Origin: an uncultured virus (IMG/VR IMGVR_UViG_3300042466_001057)
Taxonomy: Duplodnaviria > Heunggongvirae > Uroviricota > Caudoviricetes
DNA: 64,000 nt
Reading direction: 5' to 3' (one strand)
Virus record (IMG/VR): IMGVR_UViG_3300042466_001057
Span: 1 to 64,000 of that record
Under the pieces are notes generated by a model that was not told the origin of the DNA, made no database searches, and saw nothing but the letters and a program-made list of their open reading frames with translations. Position numbers and translations under genes: made by a program. Positions 57,509-64,000 of the stretch are shown one piece after another (the first letter of the stretch is position 1; each line of letters opens with the position of its first letter).

Positions 57509-60500
57509 ATGGAAAGCCCATTATCATTTAACTCTAGTGAAAATTTTAGAAAAAAATTACTTGTAAGGAATTTAAAACCTTACAGGGTTGATGGTAATTT
57601 TGGCGATTACTCAAGCCCCGCAACATCAGAATTTAACCTAATTGATTTTTCAGTGATAGATTCACCTACCGTTGATGTGGTAGGAAACAACCAAGAAAAA
57701 TATTTGTATAAACAAAACAAATATGGACCACAACAAACAAACTCAACTTACGGAGACACTATTACTATTAACAGAAACTTAAATACAAGTACAAATTATG
57801 GTGAGTACGATTTTTCTGATAGTGTTGGAAGTAAGTTAGAAACCATTGGTGACTCACAAGAAAATTTATTATACGTAAAAAATCTTTATGGTCCTACAGA
57901 ATATGGTACGTCTTACGGTAACGTCGTTAATGTGAATGTAACCCTTTTAAATAATAGTAATTTAGGTAATTACGGTTACATACAAACAGTTGGATCAAAA
58001 TTAGAATTAATTGGAGACACAAAAGAAACCGAACTAATTGTAAAGAACGTATATAAGCCAAACGATCAAAATAATTTTGGAGGAACGGTATGGTACATTA
58101 ATAACGATAAAACCATATTTACAAACGGATCAGGACAATACTCAATTGTAGATACTGAAAATAGTGTGTTATCTCAAGTTGGTAACGTACAAGAAGTATC
58201 TCTAAGAATAAAAAACAAATACACACCAGACCAACAAGGTGATTTTGGTCCAACCAAATATACAATTAATAATGATTTAATTTTAGGGTCTAACGAGGGT
58301 GAATATAATTTTTTGGATACTGTTGGAAATAGTTTGGAAGTTATAGGTAAAGATGAAAAGATAAGACTTATAGTTAGAAATGAATACAGACCTGAAGGTG
58401 GCCAAAGTCAAACCGAAGTTTCTCCATTCACTCTAATACCTAGACCAATCGCATCTAAAGGTAATTACAATTATGGTGACACATTAAATAGTGATCTATT
58501 TTTAGAGGGTAAATTAGACAGACCACAACTTATTGGATTAAATCAATATGGACCTGATCAACCAAGAAGAGAACAACCCGTAAATCAAAATAACCAAACA
58601 AACTCAAACGAAGGTGAGTATGGGTTCCCTGATACTGTTGAAAGTCCATTAGAACTAATAGGAGAGGTCAATTTAGAACAACTAACAATTAATAGTTATA
58701 GACCCGAAACAAACAATTTAGGAATTGCTGATCCGAACATAAATTTACCTAAAAAACCAAACAAAGGAATTTATAATTTTAATGATACAATAAATAGTGA
58801 GTTACAAATCGTGGGTACTTCAAAAGAAGGACAAGCATATGGAAAAAACAAATATGTTACAGGTACAGGAACTTATGAAGTTTTAACTATTGATGATTTA
58901 CAAATTAAAACAATTGGAACAGCATATGCTGATGGATTAAAAACGTTAGGGTATATACCATCAACATACACCCCATACAATATATTATTAGCCGATAACC
59001 CAACAGGGTCTAACGGTAAACTTTCACAAGATTCGGATTTGGCGAGTTTAGGTGCTAAACAACTACAAAGAGAGTTTAAACATAGAGTCGCCTTAGAACT
59101 TATATCTCAAACATTAGGTAGAGTAAACGCATTAACCTCAAGTGTTAATCCGGATAGTGGAGAAATTTCAGTAAAACCAAACTTAGATCCGTTTAATGCT
59201 ATTGGAATCTTGAGTGGGACTATACCTGTATTGGCTCGGAATTATAAAATTAGTTCACCACAAGGACTTATAGGTGATGCCGTTGGGTTCGCAGCAAGAC
59301 TTGCTGGTCTTTATTCACCGGTTTCTTTAATACCGGGTGAGTATTTTGATTATCCAAAAAGACGGTTATTAAATCAACTAATTGAAAATCCAATAGCTCC
59401 GTTGGTTCAGGGAGTTTTAGGGGCGATAAGAAAATTAACAGGAGCCGATAGTAAAACCTCATCCGATTTATTTGTAAATAACACATCTGAAGCAACTAAA
59501 AGTTTGTTGTATGATCAACTTTTTTATAACGAATATAGACCTGATTACCGACTAAACACTCCATTAAATCCAAATTTATTTTCACCGGCACCAAATTATT
59601 ATGTCGGGACAAGAAAGGGTCAGATAACTGAATTGGTTTCTCCGATTAGTGAACAAGCACAAGATAAAAACGGTGATCCAAGTGGAGGTGCCGTTTTAAG
59701 TTATAGTAATATAGGAAAAGATTTTGAAGGACAAAAAATAACAGAAATATATACCGGATTTAACACTAGACCATACTATGATGGTTTAAATGGTGTACAA
59801 GGAGGATTGACATGGATGTCAAAAAATAATTACATAGAAAAATACCAATTTGTCGGACCAGGAGGAAAAACGGTAAACACGTTAGGTCAAGGGCTAGGTA
59901 AAGATAATACATTCTATCAAAGTAATGTTTTTGGTATTCAGTTTGATTCAACACAATCAACTAAAAACGACTTTACTAAAGGGTCTATTTTAGATATAAC
60001 ACAAAAATTAGTTGACGCTGGAAATAAATCCAGCATGAAATTAGAACATGTTGGTAATGCAATTAATCAATTATCTAAAGTTTTTAACGACGGATATGTA
60101 GAATTAACTAAAGGATCTAGGGTTGTTAGATACACAACAAAGACCTCAAGTCCAGCATCACCAGATGGTAAAGATGTTGTTGGTTATGAGTATTGTCGAT
60201 TGTTTACCAAAGATAGACCATATATGACTTACGATGAGTTACAAAAAACTGATGGTAATATAAGAAAATACACAAACTCCGTTTTAGATAAAACGTTTAA
60301 TTTGAATATCGCACCAATTAGGGGTAACGAGTCAACAAACGTACAAAACGGTAAGGTAAAAAAATATATGTTATCTATTGAAAATTTATCATGGAGAACA
60401 TCGAACAAACCGGGATACACCTATGAAGATTTACCTGACTGTGAAAGAGGACCTTTTGGTGGTAGAATCATGTGGTTTCCACCTTATGAGTTAGATTTTG

Positions 60501-63500
60501 ATGAAAGTATACAAGCCGGATGGACAGACCATACGTTTTTAGGTAGACCTGAACCGGTATATACCTACCAAAACACAAGTAGAAGTGGTAATATTGGTTT
60601 TAAAATAATTGTAGATAACCCATCAATAACAAATCTTTTAGTTGAAAAAGAATTACAAGAATTATCTAATAATTCTGAAGTATCTAAAGTATTAGATTCG
60701 TTTTTTGCTGGATGTTTAAAATATGATATTTACGATTTAGCAAAAAGATATAGACAATTTACACTAAAAGATATTTTTGACACCGTAAGTTATTTAGATG
60801 ATGAAGAGGTTGATAAATTAACTGAAGTTTTACCTGCTGAGAATGTTGACGGAGACCCTGTTGTCGTTAATGACTACAGCGTACCAAGTGCCACAACCAG
60901 TGCAACGACTGCAACAACCGCATCAACTGCAACAACCGCATCAACAGTTACGGAATTTAATTTAGTTGAACCTATAGTGTATTTTAGAAATGACTATCCA
61001 GATCCTAAAACAACTAATGAGACAACAACAAAAAATATAAAAGACTTGTTTGACGATTATAAAACAAAAAGAGACTCATATAAGAAAAACAGTCTTAAAA
61101 AGATTATAAAGTACAACGATGCAACATATAAAGATTATACAAGTACAATCACTTCGTTACCTAATGCATCAACACAAACATGGTTAACTGAATATATTGA
61201 CTGTAGAGAGGAATCGATGGATGCGTTTTTTGATTATGCGGAAACCGAATTTAAACAACTTCAAAATTTCTTAACCGAATTATCGAAAGCACTAAAATCG
61301 GGATCTGAAATTAAATTTAAATTGATTGGATCAGCATCTGCAATTACAACGGATACCTATAATGTGTCACTATCAAAAAGAAGAATAGATTCTGTTTTAA
61401 ATTATATAAAACAATTTGCTTATGATGGACAAACTTTAGAAACGTACATTAAAAATAAAAAATTAACTATAGAACAAGACGCTAAAGGGGAAGAAGAAAC
61501 GATTCAAGACGCTAAATATAAATCTATAAGTTGTACAAAAGAATTTCTTACAATAGGACAAGAGGGTGTGTTTTCAATAAACGCCATGGCTTGTAGAAGA
61601 GTTAGGGTTTCAGATATTGTTATTACTAATCCACAACCACAAAAAACTGAAGAGGACAAATCAAAAAATGAAGTACAAAAAGAAATAGAAAAGGCGGAAT
61701 TTGTTTTACCAGCAAAAGAAGAAGATGACGAAAAAAAAGATACGCAAAATTTAAAAATAACAGAAAAAAGAAAAGTACAAAGAAAAAGAGGAGAACCAAG
61801 AAAAGACCTAACAAAAAAATTATTAAGAAAATTACTTACAGAATGTAATTATTTTGATTTGGTGAAACAATCTAATCCCATGATTTATGATGGGATAAAA
61901 GAAAAAATAAAATATTTCCAACCAGCATTCCATTCAATTACTCCTGAAGGTCTTAATTCTCGTTTAGTATTTTTACAACAATGTATGAGACCTGGAGACA
62001 CTATACCTACAGTTAGTGAAGTGAACGGTGGTAGCACCACTTTAGTTTATGATGATGTAATAAATAGTGTATTTGGTGCCCCTCCTATTTGCGTTTTAAG
62101 GGTTGGTGATTTTTGGCATACAAAAGTTGTTTTTGATTCTTTAAGTATAACATACGACGATTCTTTATTAGACTTAAACCCTGAAGGTATTGGAGTTCAA
62201 CCGATGATCGCCACAGTAAAAATGGGATTTAATTTTATTGGTGGACACGGTTTGGCTGAACCTGTTGCAAAACTTCAAAACGCACTTTCATTTAATTATT
62301 ATGCGAATACTGAAATGTATGATGAAAGAGCAGAAGCAACTGAAGATGTAACGTCAAAATACGACGCAGAACTTTTAAAAAGTATTAAAGACGAATTAGG
62401 TATTATTGATAACTTTAATAGACCAGCAACTAATGATGGTGGTGTAACTATAGGTGCTATTACTAGTAATTATTTTGATCCGGATACGGGAATAATTACT
62501 GGAGATATAAACTATAAAGACATTATGAAAGACATAACGGTTAAAACTAAGTCTTATGCTAACACAACCGTTAACTCTCTTGAGACTTTATATAGTAAAC
62601 AATTACTTGGCGGTATATCGATCTTAACTGACGAAAGAAAATACTCAAAAGGGTATTTTGATTACTTGAGCGGTAACACGAGTAGTGGAGCAACCATTTT
62701 TGGTAAAAGTGAAAAGATACAACCAAAAGTTGATAATCTATTTGAAAAAATAAAACAAGACATTGAAATTGAAACAATTCCAATTCTTAGAGGAATGGCA
62801 ACACAAGGGTTTACAAAAGATGATATTAGAAAAATTAAAAATAAACTTAAGCAAATGGCTGAAGCACTTAAACAATTATATTTGTCAGATCTTGAAACGG
62901 CCAACGCCACGATAGTTAAAGATGAACTTCCATTAATACGATTAGTAGATCAAATAAATTATGTTGCTGATACAACAGACGGATATATTAATAAAATGGG
63001 TGGGGTGGTTGTTTATGGTATATCAGGAACATCAAAAGTTAATGTAAGTAGTGTCGGTGTTACGAACACTATTAATGAACTTAAACAAGACTTCTTTAAG
63101 ATTTGTTCTGATTTAAACGAATTAGATACAAAACTGAGTGTTAATATAATACCAACAACATCCAAGACAAAATATAATGAAAATTTTAGCAACGATATTG
63201 GGTTAGAGACAACAGGATTAGTAGGTGTTGAAAACAGATGTTTTATGGTTTTTGGTAAATCAATTTTAGAAGATCCTGTTAAGTTTATAACTACGGTTAC
63301 TGAACCAGTTAAAAATACACCAACGGACATTAATTGGCAACCATTTATTTCAAAAAACGTTGGGTGGGTAACGGAGTTAAATTTGGCGACAGGTCAATTT
63401 AAAAATGAACCGGCAACTACCGGATTATACCCTGACTATAAAAAATCAAAAACAAAAACGGACGAGTATTGGAAAACGTTTAAAGATAGTTACTACACTA

Positions 63501-63664
63501 ATAAATTTACAAATTATATTCCATATAATTTAGACAAGACAAGACAAATGACATACTCTAAAATACTAAGTCCGGCGGATGTTCAACAAACTAATTTAAA
63601 AGACATCTACTCAACTGTTAACTCAACATGGGATAAATTTAACCTTAAAAATACATTAAACTAA
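57509..63664 (+). CDS. Giant baseplate protein: N-terminal repeats plus a gp48/gp54-like tube-junction fold with an inserted OmpA-like domain
   Basis: WFPPY...FLGRPEPVYTYQNTSRSG and APPICVLRVGD flank YFRND...GSAS...YNVSLSKRR...GE...CRRV. Confidence 0.65.
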   Translation: MESPLSFNSSENFRKKLLVRNLKPYRVDGNFGDYSSPATSEFNLIDFSVIDSPTVDVVGNNQEKYLYKQNKYGPQQTNSTYGDTITINRNLNTSTNYGEYDFSDSVGSKLETIGDSQENLLYVKNLYGPTEYGTSYGNVVNVNVTLLNNSNLGNYGYIQTVGSKLELIGDTKETELIVKNVYKPNDQNNFGGTVWYINNDKTIFTNGSGQYSIVDTENSVLSQVGNVQEVSLRIKNKYTPDQQGDFGPTKYTINNDLILGSNEGEYNFLDTVGNSLEVIGKDEKIRLIVRNEYRPEGGQSQTEVSPFTLIPRPIASKGNYNYGDTLNSDLFLEGKLDRPQLIGLNQYGPDQPRREQPVNQNNQTNSNEGEYGFPDTVESPLELIGEVNLEQLTINSYRPETNNLGIADPNINLPKKPNKGIYNFNDTINSELQIVGTSKEGQAYGKNKYVTGTGTYEVLTIDDLQIKTIGTAYADGLKTLGYIPSTYTPYNILLADNPTGSNGKLSQDSDLASLGAKQLQREFKHRVALELISQTLGRVNALTSSVNPDSGEISVKPNLDPFNAIGILSGTIPVLARNYKISSPQGLIGDAVGFAARLAGLYSPVSLIPGEYFDYPKRRLLNQLIENPIAPLVQGVLGAIRKLTGADSKTSSDLFVNNTSEATKSLLYDQLFYNEYRPDYRLNTPLNPNLFSPAPNYYVGTRKGQITELVSPISEQAQDKNGDPSGGAVLSYSNIGKDFEGQKITEIYTGFNTRPYYDGLNGVQGGLTWMSKNNYIEKYQFVGPGGKTVNTLGQGLGKDNTFYQSNVFGIQFDSTQSTKNDFTKGSILDITQKLVDAGNKSSMKLEHVGNAINQLSKVFNDGYVELTKGSRVVRYTTKTSSPASPDGKDVVGYEYCRLFTKDRPYMTYDELQKTDGNIRKYTNSVLDKTFNLNIAPIRGNESTNVQNGKVKKYMLSIENLSWRTSNKPGYTYEDLPDCERGPFGGRIMWFPPYELDFDESIQAGWTDHTFLGRPEPVYTYQNTSRSGNIGFKIIVDNPSITNLLVEKELQELSNNSEVSKVLDSFFAGCLKYDIYDLAKRYRQFTLKDIFDTVSYLDDEEVDKLTEVLPAENVDGDPVVVNDYSVPSATTSATTATTASTATTASTVTEFNLVEPIVYFRNDYPDPKTTNETTTKNIKDLFDDYKTKRDSYKKNSLKKIIKYNDATYKDYTSTITSLPNASTQTWLTEYIDCREESMDAFFDYAETEFKQLQNFLTELSKALKSGSEIKFKLIGSASAITTDTYNVSLSKRRIDSVLNYIKQFAYDGQTLETYIKNKKLTIEQDAKGEEETIQDAKYKSISCTKEFLTIGQEGVFSINAMACRRVRVSDIVITNPQPQKTEEDKSKNEVQKEIEKAEFVLPAKEEDDEKKDTQNLKITEKRKVQRKRGEPRKDLTKKLLRKLLTECNYFDLVKQSNPMIYDGIKEKIKYFQPAFHSITPEGLNSRLVFLQQCMRPGDTIPTVSEVNGGSTTLVYDDVINSVFGAPPICVLRVGDFWHTKVVFDSLSITYDDSLLDLNPEGIGVQPMIATVKMGFNFIGGHGLAEPVAKLQNALSFNYYANTEMYDERAEATEDVTSKYDAELLKSIKDELGIIDNFNRPATNDGGVTIGAITSNYFDPDTGIITGDINYKDIMKDITVKTKSYANTTVNSLETLYSKQLLGGISILTDERKYSKGYFDYLSGNTSSGATIFGKSEKIQPKVDNLFEKIKQDIEIETIPILRGMATQGFTKDDIRKIKNKLKQMAEALKQLYLSDLETANATIVKDELPLIRLVDQINYVADTTDGYINKMGGVVVYGISGTSKVNVSSVGVTNTINELKQDFFKICSDLNELDTKLSVNIIPTTSKTKYNENFSNDIGLETTGLVGVENRCFMVFGKSILEDPVKFITTVTEPVKNTPTDINWQPFISKNVGWVTELNLATGQFKNEPATTGLYPDYKKSKTKTDEYWKTFKDSYYTNKFTNYIPYNLDKTRQMTYSKILSPADVQQTNLKDIYSTVNSTWDKFNLKNTLN
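60908..60943 (+). repeat. 18-bp perfect tandem repeat encoding a TATTAS linker
   Basis: ACTGCAACAACCGCATCA x2. Confidence 0.85.
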
Positions 63665-63665
63665 T

Positions 63666-63986
63666 ATGTCACAATATTATAACAGATACGAAAACTTTTT
63701 AATAAACGGACAACAAACGGTTGTGCCTTTTTTACAATTACCACAAAGAGTAAGTGACCAAAAATATATCTATAGAACAGGACAAAGTAGGTTAGATAAA
63801 ATAAGTTATGAGAAATACGGCACACCATATTTTGGATGGTTAATTCAAATGGCTAACCCACTATACGGAGGTTTAGAGACTGATATTCCTAACGGAACCA
63901 TTTTAATTATACCTTTTCCATTAATTGCTGCGTTGCAAGACTACAAAAGTGCGTTAGATACACATATTTTTTATTATGGCAGGTAA
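63666..63986 (+). CDS. Baseplate wedge LysM-like protein (gp53/gpX-like)
   Basis: RLDKISYEKYG...WLIQMANP...IPNGTILIIP. Confidence 0.75.
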   Translation: MSQYYNRYENFLINGQQTVVPFLQLPQRVSDQKYIYRTGQSRLDKISYEKYGTPYFGWLIQMANPLYGGLETDIPNGTILIIPFPLIAALQDYKSALDTHIFYYGR

Positions 63987-64000
63987 ACAAACTAAAAACG
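63976..64000 (+). CDS. Start of the next baseplate gene (truncated by the window)
   Basis: An ATG overlapping the end of the previous gene reads MAGKQTKN. Confidence 0.35.

Noticed and set aside
1..64000. Stop-codon reassignment, tRNA/rRNA genes, inteins, introns, integrase or transposase
   Set aside because: Genes are full-length in the standard code and end with TAA, TAG and TGA. No cloverleaf, intein or mobile-element motifs were seen by eye; tRNAscan and Infernal were not run.

Overview
An AT-rich, densely coding 64-kb segment of a large myovirus-like (T4-superfamily) phage genome, read with the standard code. The host is probably Bacteroidota, inferred from A-rich translation starts that lack Shine-Dalgarno sites. 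1-6.5 kb (-): virion/baseplate genes (gp5-like spike) and a gp55-like late sigma factor. 6.5-28.7 kb (-): a ~22-kb glycan operon with Gmd, Fcl, an RfbH-type 3-dehydrase, an RmlD-GT2 fusion, about a dozen glycosyltransferases and three O-methyltransferases, plus PhoH, dUTPase and an exonuclease. 28.7-31.3 kb (-): small, probably head-associated genes including a WYL protein. 31.3-40.6 kb (+): lectin/fibre genes. 40.7-47.6 kb: family-B DNA polymerase, neck protein, SOD and SNF2 helicase. 47.6-64 kb (+): contractile-tail module (neck, sheath, tube, chaperone, tape measure, giant baseplate protein). Top observations: (1) a [ST]-[GA]-x-T motif is dense in exposed virion proteins and nearly absent from enzymes, making it a candidate sequon for a phage-encoded virion O-glycosylation system; (2) a TATTTAT promoter-like motif precedes 17 genes, often giving near-leaderless starts; (3) there is an unannotated +1/-2 frameshift ORF after the tail chaperone; (4) several enzymes carry I/L-x-E propeptide-like leaders and may be packaged in the capsid; (5) there is a chimeric gene in the glycan island. 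All product calls come from motif recognition by eye, with no database searches.
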